From: a virus
Length of the DNA stretch: 26,943 bases
IMG/VR virus record: IMGVR_UViG_3300035101_000063
Strand: one strand, 5' to 3'
Below the pieces are notes generated by a model. The model was not told the origin of the DNA. It saw nothing but the letters and a program-made list of their open reading frames with translations, and searched no databases. Below, in pieces: positions 1 through 8,962 of the stretch. Made by a program: the position numbers and the translations under genes. Each line of letters begins with the position of its first letter. The first letter of the stretch is position 1.

Positions 1-27
1 TGTTTCCCATCTAAACACATCCTTTCA

Positions 28-213
28 TCAAATCTCATCCAAAAATCTTATTTGGTCTCTTTTCAATTTTCTAAATGAATCCTTGATATTCAATTCTGGC
101 CAAAAGTCTACTATTATTTCATCTCCATAATTTTCTATTATACATCCAGTATATCCATAATAAACAGAAGCAAAATCTTTAACTTCAATTTTTTTATTTA
201 TTAAAATTGTCAT
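28..213 (-). CDS. hypothetical small protein (61 aa)
   Basis: Intact minus-strand ORF in the same orientation and packing as neighbours; overlaps next gene start by 4 nt. No recognisable motif. Confidence 0.35.
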   Translation of the reverse strand: MTILINKKIEVKDFASVYYGYTGCIIENYGDEIIVDFWPELNIKDSFRKLKRDQIRFLDEI

Positions 214-566
214 TCCATATTATACTTTCCCAAATATGCTTCCACACATCTTGGACAAGCACATGGACCATCAACACAATGTCCAGTTTCTATATTTTCA
301 GCAGCTTCAATTCTTTCTTGCTCCCAAGATTCCTCATCTTCATTTTCCATCACTTTATTATAAATCAAATTTTGTTCTGGATTTCCTTTCGATTTTTTAT
401 AAAGATATTCACATATATTTTCAACCTCCATTAAAATCTTCCTACATTCAACTTTTGAATAATCATGGCTACCCAATTCATTTGGTTCCCATCCAGCCTC
501 TAAAGTTGACTGTAAAATCAACCATGCTCTTCGATAAGCAATTTTTCTAGCTGTCTGTTTATTCAT
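210..566 (-). CDS. hypothetical protein with Cys cluster (GHCVDGPCACPRCVEAY)
   Basis: 118-aa minus ORF. Cys/His-rich segment near N-terminus suggests a small metal-binding domain. Purine-rich coding strand like neighbours. Confidence 0.45.
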   Translation of the reverse strand: MNKQTARKIAYRRAWLILQSTLEAGWEPNELGSHDYSKVECRKILMEVENICEYLYKKSKGNPEQNLIYNKVMENEDEESWEQERIEAAENIETGHCVDGPCACPRCVEAYLGKYNME

Positions 567-1029
567 ATTTCTTAATCCTATTTTTTAGAAATTTATCAAC
601 AATCTTATCAGATTCTTCTGTTCCAATATCTGGAGCAACAATATTGAAAGAAATCAATTCATAACCTGGTTGAACCTCCATCACCCCATCTCCACGGTCT
701 TTTAATGTCCCATAACCAGATGGAACACAAACAATCTCATCCATTGCCTCAACGATACCAACGGAAGGATTTATATTAGGGTCTCCAACTAACAAAATTT
801 TTCCTATAATTTCATCTCCTTCAATAACAGGAGGATTTTCAATACAATGAGTTACTTTTAACAAATTAATCTTTCCATCAAAAGTACTTCCAAGAACTCC
901 AAAAACAGATTTTCCATCCTTAAATTTATCTTCTATAGCTTTTTTCATAACCTCTTTTGGAATAACAAATCCATTTTTATTTGGTCTATCAACATAACCC
1001 ATTTTTACTGTTATCGTTTTTTTGTTCAT
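559..1029 (-). CDS. hypothetical protein (156 aa)
   Basis: Minus ORF; start overlaps stop of upstream gene as TAATG (translational coupling). No family recognised. Confidence 0.5.
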   Translation of the reverse strand: MNKKTITVKMGYVDRPNKNGFVIPKEVMKKAIEDKFKDGKSVFGVLGSTFDGKINLLKVTHCIENPPVIEGDEIIGKILLVGDPNINPSVGIVEAMDEIVCVPSGYGTLKDRGDGVMEVQPGYELISFNIVAPDIGTEESDKIVDKFLKNRIKKYE

Positions 1030-1466
1030 TATCTACCCATATCCCATAGTTTTTTAGAATCAACATCCAGTATTTGTTTACTAAAATACTCAAATCCTCT
1101 TTTGAAAAAATCGTATCCTATCTTAGCAACTTGTTCTTCAGCACTTTTTCTATCCTCAAAAACCCAATCTAAACATGCTGTAGAGGAATATTCTTCCGTG
1201 TCAAATGCTACTACATCTTCCCCCGAATATTCATGTTTCTCTATCCAATAACAATCACATTCAACTACACTAAGCATTTTGCTAAAATCAAAATTTCCAC
1301 TTTCCATCCCATAATAAATACCATCTATCAAATCAGAAAGACAACCTTTATCCCCCCCAAATGTAACTTCGATAAAAAACAATTTCTTCTGACATTCACA
1401 TTCATTTCCTTCTTCATCTGTCTCGATTTCTTCATCACAATATTTTCTTACTTTTTCAATATCCAT
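1029..1466 (-). CDS. hypothetical acidic Cys-containing protein (145 aa)
   Basis: Minus ORF tightly packed between neighbours. No family recognised. Confidence 0.5.
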   Translation of the reverse strand: MDIEKVRKYCDEEIETDEEGNECECQKKLFFIEVTFGGDKGCLSDLIDGIYYGMESGNFDFSKMLSVVECDCYWIEKHEYSGEDVVAFDTEEYSSTACLDWVFEDRKSAEEQVAKIGYDFFKRGFEYFSKQILDVDSKKLWDMGR

Positions 1467-1467
1467 C

Positions 1468-2097
1468 TCAACCCTCCATCAATAAATTCTTCTCAACCTT
1501 ACTATGCATCCAATGTTCATCAGTTTTGACATGATTTGACCTTACAAATTTGGCCACCCTTTTCTTGAATTCATCATATCGAAAGGAACAAGCATGTCTA
1601 ACAACATATCCCTCTTGTTTATCTTTATTAATTGATAAATCTTTCAGAACATCAACATCAAATTCCCCCCTATACAAAACTGGAACATGAACAATCCCTA
1701 AAAGTTCAAACCATTCAATAGTTTCATCCCAAGATAAGCAAACATTGTTCTCATTCCATATTGAAAACCCATAAAAATATGACTTCAAATTAAGATAACT
1801 TATAGAATGTTTTGCATACAAATTTTCTCCACAAATCCTCCAACCAACCGGTATATCATACCTAATATCAGCCCACATATTTTTTACCCATGCTCTACTA
1901 GGATGAGATAACCCATCAATGCTTCTGGCATGAATATGGTCTCTATACATAGTACAATTCTCACCGTCCATTTTCTCAGTAACAACAATTTCAGACCCAA
2001 CAAAACATGATATATCAGTCAACACCTTATCATCTGAAGCAACTGTCTCAGACCAAGGAAAATGAAATGTTCTAGGATATTTATATAACTTTTCCAT
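1468..2097 (-). CDS. ATP-dependent RNA ligase-like nucleotidyltransferase (Rnl2/Pab1020-like)
   Basis: Contains EKMDGEN, i.e. the KxDGxN lysine-adenylylation motif I of covalent nucleotidyltransferases, with the Asn typical of RNA ligases. N-terminal YPRTFHFPWS segment. GGGGA SD-like motif 8 nt upstream of ATG. Size (209 aa) fits minimal RNA ligases. Confidence 0.55.
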   Translation of the reverse strand: MEKLYKYPRTFHFPWSETVASDDKVLTDISCFVGSEIVVTEKMDGENCTMYRDHIHARSIDGLSHPSRAWVKNMWADIRYDIPVGWRICGENLYAKHSISYLNLKSYFYGFSIWNENNVCLSWDETIEWFELLGIVHVPVLYRGEFDVDVLKDLSINKDKQEGYVVRHACSFRYDEFKKRVAKFVRSNHVKTDEHWMHSKVEKNLLMEG

Positions 2098-2100
2098 CTA

Positions 2101-2316
2101 TCATCCCCATTGACGAATAATCTTAAACCATGTTATGGGGACACGCTCCACAGGCACCCAACCATCGACATATACCCACGCATAATGGGGGTCCGTATCC
2201 AAGCACGACACACGACCATTAGCACCGACAAGGTCCCTACCTGACCCGCTCTTTCCACGGCGAAACCGAATCACGGTATTGAATCGAATAGATTCTTTTT
2301 GTTTGGCTATAGTCAT
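2101..2316 (-). CDS. small hypothetical protein (71 aa) in a GC-rich island; horizontally acquired?
   Basis: Only stretch in the window with clearly elevated GC (Arg codons CGG/CGC, Gly GGC/GGT). Intact ORF with AAAGGA SD 9 nt upstream of ATG. Stop lies 3 nt before next gene start. Could alternatively be a structured RNA. Confidence 0.4.
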   Translation of the reverse strand: MTIAKQKESIRFNTVIRFRRGKSGSGRDLVGANGRVSCLDTDPHYAWVYVDGWVPVERVPITWFKIIRQWG

Positions 2317-2415
2317 TTTATCATCCTTTCATCAGCAACTGCCAACAATAGGTTGCATTCTTCATGCCAAATTTATGAGCACAAAATCATTAGTTTTTTT
2401 AGGACAGAATGGATA

Positions 2416-2504
2416 CTTTTTGCGTGAAAAAATTGCGTACCTTAAAAAACCCAATGATTTCAAATAGAAAAAATTGCGTACTTTATTGACATTTTTGCGT
2501 AAAA
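2416..2504. promoter_or_regulatory. array of four direct TTGCGT(A/G) motifs (cores at 2420, 2433, 2474, 2495), arranged as two 14-nt repeats AAAAAATTGCGTAC flanked by two TTTTTGCGT(G/A)AAA(A/T) copies
   Basis: Exact repeated words read directly in the 213-nt intergenic region immediately upstream (minus sense) of the GC-rich small gene. Plausible operator/iteron array. Confidence 0.45.
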
Positions 2505-2529
2505 TTAAAACCAAACTTATCAAATATTA

Positions 2530-3027
2530 TCAATAACCCAAGTCATAAGGATCCCATCCTATATTAATCTCTCTTTCTCTTTTTTGTAATACATTAACAG
2601 GCTTAACAGGCATTGGCTCAATCCTTACCTCTTGAGGAGAAAAACTATGCATAACTAGTGACCATTGAATAAAATCCAATTCTGACGTCCACCTTGTCTT
2701 AAGCAATTGAGGTGTCAATTTCCATGCCTCTCCTGTTCTTCGAAATGTTTCACGTGAAACATACTCAAGACACGGATAAACCCCACAATATTTTTCCACT
2801 TGTTCATTTGTTGGCCATTCCGGACAAAACTCTCTTTCAACTTTCTCATCTTCAATATCCAAAATTAAATCTTCAGCATTGTAAATACTTTTTAAATCGT
2901 ATTTTCTGTCACAATTTTGAATATGCATTCTCAAAGATTCTATAGCCTCATCACAATCTTTCATGTCATCAAGCCAATCAAATTCACAATTATCTCTCCA
3001 TGTTTCTTTCCATCTAAAAGCATTCAT
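2530..3027 (-). CDS. hypothetical protein (165 aa)
   Basis: Minus ORF preceded by strong SD (AAGAGGG, 8 nt upstream of ATG) and by a sigma70-like promoter plus palindrome. Confidence 0.5.
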   Translation of the reverse strand: MNAFRWKETWRDNCEFDWLDDMKDCDEAIESLRMHIQNCDRKYDLKSIYNAEDLILDIEDEKVEREFCPEWPTNEQVEKYCGVYPCLEYVSRETFRRTGEAWKLTPQLLKTRWTSELDFIQWSLVMHSFSPQEVRIEPMPVKPVNVLQKREREINIGWDPYDLGY

Positions 3028-3086
3028 TTTATTACCCTCTTTATTAAAAATATTTTCTTACATGAAAACCAACATTTTAAAAAAAT

Positions 3087-3101
3087 CTTGCATCTTGCAA
3101 G
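3087..3101. promoter_or_regulatory. palindromic operator-like site CTTGCA-TCT-TGCAAG
   Basis: 6-bp inverted repeat with 3-nt spacer located at about +5..+20 of the predicted promoter. Typical position for a repressor operator. Confidence 0.35.
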
Positions 3102-3113
3102 CCATCTTAATTA

Positions 3114-3141
3114 ATTTTAAGGCAATAACAGCGTTTGTCAA
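3114..3141 (-). promoter_or_regulatory. sigma70-like promoter TTGACA-16-TAAAAT on minus strand
   Basis: rc of 3136-3141 is TTGACA and rc of 3114-3119 is TAAAAT, with a 16-nt spacer. Lies just after the stop of the 3149..4066 gene and about 85 nt upstream of the 2530..3027 start. Confidence 0.45.
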
Positions 3142-3148
3142 CACTTTT

Positions 3149-4066
3149 TTATTCTTGACCAGAATCCCCTTCCGATTCAGAATCCCCTTCCGATTCATCA
3201 ACTAAATCTACCAGATATTCGTTACCGAATACAATTTGGTCCTTTTCTCCATCTACAGACTTAAACGCAATAATCCGATATCCCGTTATATCTTCCATGT
3301 GCCTAAATAAGGAAATCGTATCTATCAAATTTGTACTTGACGCTAAATAATCCATACATACTAGAGACAATGCATGACCATCTTTATCAGTCTCACCAAT
3401 ATCCTTGGCACGATTTATCGCATTTGTAACAACTTCATCTTGTCCACTATAGAGACTAAATGCCCTACGAACCAAAGTTTCTCCAGTAGATTGCTGTCCT
3501 TCTTGCCCATCTCCACCAGACCCATCTCCACCAGAAGTTATTCCTTTCTCTTCTTTTTTGGCTCGAGAAATCATTTCTTCTATTTGTTTAAATGTTTTAC
3601 CTTCCACACGCTTTTTCCAAGATTTAGCATTCTCCTTAACTACAAATCCCATCAGCAATCTGCATTTTGCCCATCCAATACCTCTGAAAAAAGCCTGCAT
3701 AGCAGGTGTCATATTTTCAAACCATGCTTGCAATTTTACAAGATATTGAGCCTTGCGAAGTGTAAAATCTAACTCTTGTTCAACATATTCTTTCCAAGAA
3801 TCAAAACCCCAAGAACGATATCTGTTATTAGTATAAACATCAGCTAAAACAACTCCTAACTCCCAATAATTTTCTTCAGCTTTATTTTTTAATTCCAACA
3901 CCTTTTCTCTGATATCAGCAAATTCAACATCAACAATATTGGCATTTTCTACATCACCTACCGAACCCGAACCATCATTGTTGTTAACAACGGTCAATCC
4001 TGCTTCGTTCACTTTTTGAATTCCTTGTTCATCGCTCATCGTACAGCCCTTTCTGTTGTCTGGCAC
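3149..4066 (-). CDS. hypothetical protein with DUF3102-like domain and acidic repeat C-terminus
   Basis: 305-aa minus ORF. Segment YWELGVVLADVYTNNRYRSWGFDSWKEYVEQEL is paralogous to a segment of the 25356..26057 product. Gly/Asp-rich linker. C-terminal ESEGDS x2 encoded by an 18-nt tandem repeat. Confidence 0.5.
   Translation of the reverse strand: MPDNRKGCTMSDEQGIQKVNEAGLTVVNNNDGSGSVGDVENANIVDVEFADIREKVLELKNKAEENYWELGVVLADVYTNNRYRSWGFDSWKEYVEQELDFTLRKAQYLVKLQAWFENMTPAMQAFFRGIGWAKCRLLMGFVVKENAKSWKKRVEGKTFKQIEEMISRAKKEEKGITSGGDGSGGDGQEGQQSTGETLVRRAFSLYSGQDEVVTNAINRAKDIGETDKDGHALSLVCMDYLASSTNLIDTISLFRHMEDITGYRIIAFKSVDGEKDQIVFGNEYLVDLVDESEGDSESEGDSGQE
3161..3196. repeat. 18-nt tandem repeat x2 (AGAATCCCCTTCCGATTC) encoding ESEGDS-ESEGDS
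   Basis: Direct reading; in-frame in the 3' end of the 3149..4066 gene. Confidence 0.8.
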
Positions 4067-4073
4067 AAAACCA

Positions 4074-4622
4074 TCATTTCTTTAAATTTTCTAACCCAGT
4101 TATCAAAACAGCAAGTGCCTGCCAACAATGACCCTTCACTCCATATAATGGACCAGGTTCTTTTTTGGTACCCACTTGCGGTATCTTACCTCCACCTAAT
4201 GGTAAAAATCTATCAATCACGGCACTTTTTATATTCGCATCAGTAACCGCTTTCCTACTACCAGTTTTAGGATTAACAAATGTTCTTGCTCCACACAATG
4301 TTATTTTTTCATCTCCCCTTAAAATTTCGATAGATTTTTTCATGGTGCTATATTCGTAAGCCTCAACGAATCTACCTATCCATTTTACCGTTTGGAAAGT
4401 TGACTTGCCAACCACCAAACCCATTGACTCAATGTCTTCAATAAAAAAAGCTTCCCATGTCTTAACATCAGGAATCCGAGGGAAATCACCTTCCACTCTT
4501 AATATGGAACGAACAATTTCATTTTCAAGTTCACTAGAAAAAATAATCTTATCATCTACATTATCAAATAACACAAATCCACTTTTGTTTGTACCAGGGT
4601 CAACACCACAAAAAACAGCCAC
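4074..4622 (-). CDS. RuvC-like Holliday junction resolvase (RNase H fold)
   Basis: N-terminus MAVFCGVDPGTNKSGFVLFD matches the RuvC/YqgF signature (GIDPG..xxG.A..) carrying the first catalytic Asp. Size 182 aa. Confidence 0.55.
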   Translation of the reverse strand: MAVFCGVDPGTNKSGFVLFDNVDDKIIFSSELENEIVRSILRVEGDFPRIPDVKTWEAFFIEDIESMGLVVGKSTFQTVKWIGRFVEAYEYSTMKKSIEILRGDEKITLCGARTFVNPKTGSRKAVTDANIKSAVIDRFLPLGGGKIPQVGTKKEPGPLYGVKGHCWQALAVLITGLENLKK

Positions 4623-4642
4623 AACTCAATCTCCCAACTATT

Positions 4643-5680
4643 TTATTTTTTACGTCTATATCCTTTAGGAAAACAAATATCTCTACCAGGACAATATTTA
4701 GGTCTACCCTTACTCTTTAACTGACAATCTTGAAGTCTATCGAATCTATCCTCTAACCATCCATACAAGGACGCCTCATCCTTGAAAAAAGGCTTACCGC
4801 CCTCTACCTCCATTTTATATTTATCGCACATCCTGACAGCTTCTACACACATCAACGCTAATCTTTTCAATCTCTCAACAATACTTTCATCATATAAAAT
4901 CTGATGTTCCATTAATGATGACTTAAAATATGGTACTTCTTTAAATTTATAACCTATACGTGACCTATGAATACCAGTAGCCCACATTCCTAATTGCACT
5001 TGATTAACATGATCTATCCTTGCAGCACCACCTAAACATGGGTCCAAGTCATCCCTTGCTGTTACTTTCTCTGTTTTGAGCTCAAAAACTTCTTCTTCAT
5101 CATCAATCAAAAGTATCGCATCCAATTTTGATACTATACGATACTTTAACATCCTGATTTTCACCTCATCATATTCCCAATCTTTACCTTCCGGCTTGGT
5201 ACCCCAACCCCTAACAATATGACGATCTTCATCATCATTTACTTGATTCCAAAAACTAGACCTAACAAGTTTAAAAATTTTATGCTCAAAATCTTTACCG
5301 ATTGGAACCTCTAGTGGAAAATATTTTTTCCATGCACCTAAAAATTTTACACCCAAACTGGGTAAAGCTGACTTTTGAAATACAGAATGAACGGCTTTAC
5401 CGTATTCCATATTCCAAAGTCCTTCAGCATTTACGATATCATTTATTTTAACAAAAGACTTAATAGCACATAATCTAGGACACCAATATTTTGTACCAGA
5501 AGCATAAAGCCAAAATTCTTTCCATGTTTCATCTTGTGGAACTAATGTCGCTAATCTACTATCAGAGTTATTCTTACTCCATTTTTCTAATAATAAATCT
5601 TGAACACTTGTAGAACGAACAATTGTAAAATTTTCTTTAGCTTCATCAATACTTTTTTTACATATAACATTTCCTAACAT
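4643..5680 (-). CDS. PD-(D/E)XK nuclease, Cas4/RecB-like with Cys cluster
   Basis: Segments ILLIDDEEEVFELKTEK (D...ExK) and QVQLGMW (QhxxY/W-like). One N-terminal Cys pair plus C-terminal Cys (CVEAVRMC ... CPGRDIC) resemble the Fe-S arrangement of Cas4/AddB nucleases. Strong GGAGG SD. Confidence 0.45.
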   Translation of the reverse strand: MLGNVICKKSIDEAKENFTIVRSTSVQDLLLEKWSKNNSDSRLATLVPQDETWKEFWLYASGTKYWCPRLCAIKSFVKINDIVNAEGLWNMEYGKAVHSVFQKSALPSLGVKFLGAWKKYFPLEVPIGKDFEHKIFKLVRSSFWNQVNDDEDRHIVRGWGTKPEGKDWEYDEVKIRMLKYRIVSKLDAILLIDDEEEVFELKTEKVTARDDLDPCLGGAARIDHVNQVQLGMWATGIHRSRIGYKFKEVPYFKSSLMEHQILYDESIVERLKRLALMCVEAVRMCDKYKMEVEGGKPFFKDEASLYGWLEDRFDRLQDCQLKSKGRPKYCPGRDICFPKGYRRKK

Positions 5681-5746
5681 TCAGCCTCCTGACAACAATC
5701 AGCATTTACACAATACTACACAAAAAATAGTTAGTAAACCAAAAAT

Positions 5747-6118
5747 TTAATTAATATCACCCCTTCTTCCGGCATCCTTGTCCATTTCCTTAATAAAAAA
5801 CTTTATATGAAAAACCTTATCCTCATTAGAAATACCAGGATAAAGCTGTCTCATCTGCCCCACCCAATGCTCACCATTGGCATATCCATCCATTTCTGAA
5901 ATAATCGGATCTCTCCTAAACATACCAACAGTACCGGGTCTAACCGTCTGCACTTCTATTTTAGCGAATGGCATATTTCTTTGACCATCTATAAATTTTG
6001 AAGTCAAAACAATTTCCCCTCCCCTAACATGTGGACAATTATCACCATATTTCCTAACAATACCACAAGCCTTACCATCCATAATCTGTTTTGTCTCAAA
6101 TCTTGTACATGCAAACAT
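5747..6118 (-). CDS. hypothetical protein (123 aa), possibly ASCH/PUA-like
   Basis: Minus ORF with AAAGGA SD; preceded 21 nt upstream by the CGAACTCGAGTTCG palindrome. Family assignment is weak. Confidence 0.4.
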   Translation of the reverse strand: MFACTRFETKQIMDGKACGIVRKYGDNCPHVRGGEIVLTSKFIDGQRNMPFAKIEVQTVRPGTVGMFRRDPIISEMDGYANGEHWVGQMRQLYPGISNEDKVFHIKFFIKEMDKDAGRRGDIN

Positions 6119-6139
6119 TTTTTATAATCCTTTCAACTA

Positions 6140-6153
6140 CGAACTCGAGTTCG
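6140..6153. repeat. perfect palindrome CGAACTCGAGTTCG (copy 1 of 3)
   Basis: Exact 14-mer; intergenic, between stop of 6189..6749 and start of 5747..6118. Confidence 0.9.
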
Positions 6154-6188
6154 CCTACTTTCCCTATTTACACAATATGAATCCAAAT

Positions 6189-6749
6189 TCAATTAAACTT
6201 CATATTTTTCTTTTTGCTACTACCATTATTATTAAATGATAAACAATTAACACATATATTATGATCTATAGAATTCAGATGCCCACACTTACAAACCCAT
6301 CCTTTTTCTCTAAACATTGAACTTAAATTTTTGCCAACACTAATAGGGTCATCCAATTTTTGTAAAAGCTTTTCCCTAATAACATTAGCAGCAATCTTAA
6401 AAGAATCAGCATAATGTTTATCACTAACCCATAATCTAATCATTAATACATGTATATTTTTAAAATCATCACCATCTTTAACTGATTCTATATTTCTACT
6501 TGCTATCAATTTCTTTGACCATTCAACATTTTCAATCCATTTTTGTAACAAACATATAAATTTCTCTGTATCATTATTACTTTCAAACAAATGAATCACA
6601 AAATCATATGCCTGAAATTTAATTAATTCTCCATTTTTATTGTCTAAAACCTCTTGTTCTACAGGCTCAATATTATCACCCAATTTTCTCAAACACAAAA
6701 TTGCCTTATCTCGAGGCATACCTATCAATATTTGATCATATTCACCCAT
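6189..6749 (-). CDS. hypothetical protein with C-terminal Zn-ribbon (CKCGHLNSIDHNICVNC)
   Basis: 186-aa minus ORF; CxC...CxxC motif at C-terminus. Confidence 0.45.
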   Translation of the reverse strand: MGEYDQILIGMPRDKAILCLRKLGDNIEPVEQEVLDNKNGELIKFQAYDFVIHLFESNNDTEKFICLLQKWIENVEWSKKLIASRNIESVKDGDDFKNIHVLMIRLWVSDKHYADSFKIAANVIREKLLQKLDDPISVGKNLSSMFREKGWVCKCGHLNSIDHNICVNCLSFNNNGSSKKKNMKFN

Positions 6750-6753
6750 AATA

Positions 6754-7290
6754 TCACCATAAATTCCCTTTCCTTCCCCCTAAATAATATGGGTCAAACA
6801 AAACAGATGGTTCTTTTTTCTTCAAATATTTTTCATCCAATTCAGCATTTTTATACTCATCAATACCATTCTCAATATGTTCCCACACATAACCTATACT
6901 AGGTTCTTTAACACCCAATAAAACCTGACGATAATAAATATTACCTTTTCTATCACGAAAATCACTACATATAAATTGAAAACCATTCCATCGTATATGC
7001 CTTCTTAATGTACTTAAAGCATTTATTTCATATCCTTCCTTCAAAACATAAACACCTAATTTTTCAGGAAATGGACATGGTCTTCTATGCTTATCTATCA
7101 AAAAATCCCAATGAAATATATCACATGTTGGTCGTGTCATCGGCTGAATAGGATTAAATAATAAATATTCATATTCATCCTGTTTCACGTAAGATGATTC
7201 ATTATCCTTACTCACTAACTCCTTTTGAATACCTAAAGCAGAATATAATTTGTCTGTAAAATATTTTATATCACTAAACTCTTCACTCAT
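6754..7290 (-). CDS. hypothetical protein (178 aa)
   Basis: Minus ORF; no family recognised. Confidence 0.45.
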   Translation of the reverse strand: MSEEFSDIKYFTDKLYSALGIQKELVSKDNESSYVKQDEYEYLLFNPIQPMTRPTCDIFHWDFLIDKHRRPCPFPEKLGVYVLKEGYEINALSTLRRHIRWNGFQFICSDFRDRKGNIYYRQVLLGVKEPSIGYVWEHIENGIDEYKNAELDEKYLKKKEPSVLFDPYYLGGRKGNLW

Positions 7291-7374
7291 TATACTTTTC
7301 CTTTCTTTGAAATCTCATCAAATATCAAAACATAACATTTATCTTGCAGCCTTCTTTTTGTTCATTATTATTTA

Positions 7375-8145
7375 TCAACATGGCATCTCTCTTATCCTGG
7401 CCCACATTGGCCATTCATCAACAATATCACCTTTTCTACTTTTAGAACCATTTTTCTTTGCCCAAACAGTCCCCATCTGCTTGAAAAAAACCCTACAACC
7501 AAGAAGTTTAGCATATGACACAATCTTCTCAGCATTATTTTCGTTCATTTCCCTTGCTTTTTGACCAGATTCTCCACCAATAATCACCCATTCAATCCCA
7601 CGAAGATTAAAAAAATCATCCTCTACTGGAGTAACATAAGGACTAAAAATATCACCAATTAATGGTTCAAAAGATACAAATTTATGTTCAACATTCGTAC
7701 CTCTCAAAATATTAATTCTATTAACTGTTTGTCTCAATCCAACAGATACACCGTACCAAACATGGTCAAGAAATCCATTCCTTTCTTGAAAATATCTATT
7801 CATTATCTGAGCTCTTTTTGTCAAAACAATATACTTATGATGATTATATTTATTCATTGCATCATGCATATCATCAATAAAACTAAATGGTACTTCAGAA
7901 TGAAAAGGGTCTCCCATCGAACATATAAAAACCCATCTAGGTCTAGTCCATTCACCTAATTTTTTAAGCACATCTGGATGACAACGAACATCAAATCCAT
8001 CCTCATAATTCTTTTGACCCATTGCTTTCAATCGCATAGCCATTTTTTCAGCATAACAATTATCACATTCTGGACTAATCTTTGAACAACCCGTCACTGG
8101 ATTTAATGTTGCATCAGTCCAATGAATCGCACTCTTATCTCCCAT
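7375..8145 (-). CDS. phage Gp37/Gp68 family protein (DUF5131)
   Basis: N-terminus IHWTDATLNPVTGCSKISPECDNCYAEKMAMRL matches the hallmark WTDATWNP..GC...S.GC.NCYA of the Gp37/Gp68 family. Confidence 0.6.
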   Translation of the reverse strand: MGDKSAIHWTDATLNPVTGCSKISPECDNCYAEKMAMRLKAMGQKNYEDGFDVRCHPDVLKKLGEWTRPRWVFICSMGDPFHSEVPFSFIDDMHDAMNKYNHHKYIVLTKRAQIMNRYFQERNGFLDHVWYGVSVGLRQTVNRINILRGTNVEHKFVSFEPLIGDIFSPYVTPVEDDFFNLRGIEWVIIGGESGQKAREMNENNAEKIVSYAKLLGCRVFFKQMGTVWAKKNGSKSRKGDIVDEWPMWARIREMPC

Positions 8146-8210
8146 AAAACCTTATCCTTTAATCTTTTCAACTATCTATATTTTAATACTCAAAAATCAA
8201 CTTAACTCTA

Positions 8211-8591
8211 TCAACTCTTCCATATACCCATTTCTATTTTTGTCTTTTTGTACTCTCTTTTTCTGTACTCTCTTTTTATTTTACTGTTCTTCTTTACAAC
8301 TTCAACTCTTGTTCTTTCATCACAAATCATAACTTTAATATCTTTACCATATAATTTCTTCAAATCATTAGATACTTTTCCAATTACAGATTCAGACAAA
8401 CGATTTGCTGGTAATCCTTCAGTATCAATATGAACAACCAACATATCACCAGGATTAATACTAACCCTTGTTACTTCTTTTATTTTTATAAAATCATCAC
8501 TTTTAGGCATATGATATGCCATTTCTGCAAATTCTTCACCACCAATATCCATACCTATTTTTTTGAAATCTTCTTCTAATGTAGTTCTCAT
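8211..8591 (-). CDS. hypothetical protein with basic C-terminal tail
   Basis: Minus ORF; ATGA start/stop overlap with upstream gene; AGAAGG SD. Lys/Arg-rich C-terminus. Confidence 0.45.
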   Translation of the reverse strand: MRTTLEEDFKKIGMDIGGEEFAEMAYHMPKSDDFIKIKEVTRVSINPGDMLVVHIDTEGLPANRLSESVIGKVSNDLKKLYGKDIKVMICDERTRVEVVKKNSKIKREYRKREYKKTKIEMGIWKS

Positions 8592-8962
8592 TTTGTCAAC
8601 CTTCTAAATTCCTCAAAAACCCTTGCTGGAATCATTACCCAATCCCTATCGGTGGTACTATCAAATTCCCCTCCCTTTATTTCTATAGCCAATGCAGGTT
8701 CGCAATTATTATCTTCTGCTTCTCTGGAAATTTTCTTTAACCAGTCCCATTTAACAGAAATACTTGCTTTTTTAGTTTGTTTTGCCTCAATCAAGAATTC
8801 TTTATCTCTCACATAAACATCCCTGACATCTCCTTTTGAATGATAATTAGCACCAGACCCACCAACACGCTTACCACCAAATCTTTTAGCTAACCGATTC
8901 TCTTGTTCTGTTGGACTTCCACCACTACTACCAATATATCTCCTAGGTTCATATTTTCCCAT
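8588..8962 (-). CDS. hypothetical protein, candidate small PD-(D/E)XK (VRR-NUC-like) nuclease
   Basis: GDVRD...FLIEAKQTKK resembles the D...ExK core; size about 120 aa is typical of VRR-NUC. Weak call. Confidence 0.3.
   Translation of the reverse strand: MGKYEPRRYIGSSGGSPTEQENRLAKRFGGKRVGGSGANYHSKGDVRDVYVRDKEFLIEAKQTKKASISVKWDWLKKISREAEDNNCEPALAIEIKGGEFDSTTDRDWVMIPARVFEEFRRLTK

Noticed and set aside
2486-2510. Plus-strand TTGACA (2486-2491) as promoter
   Set aside because: No acceptably spaced -10 and no plus-strand gene downstream. More likely part of the TTGCGT repeat array context.
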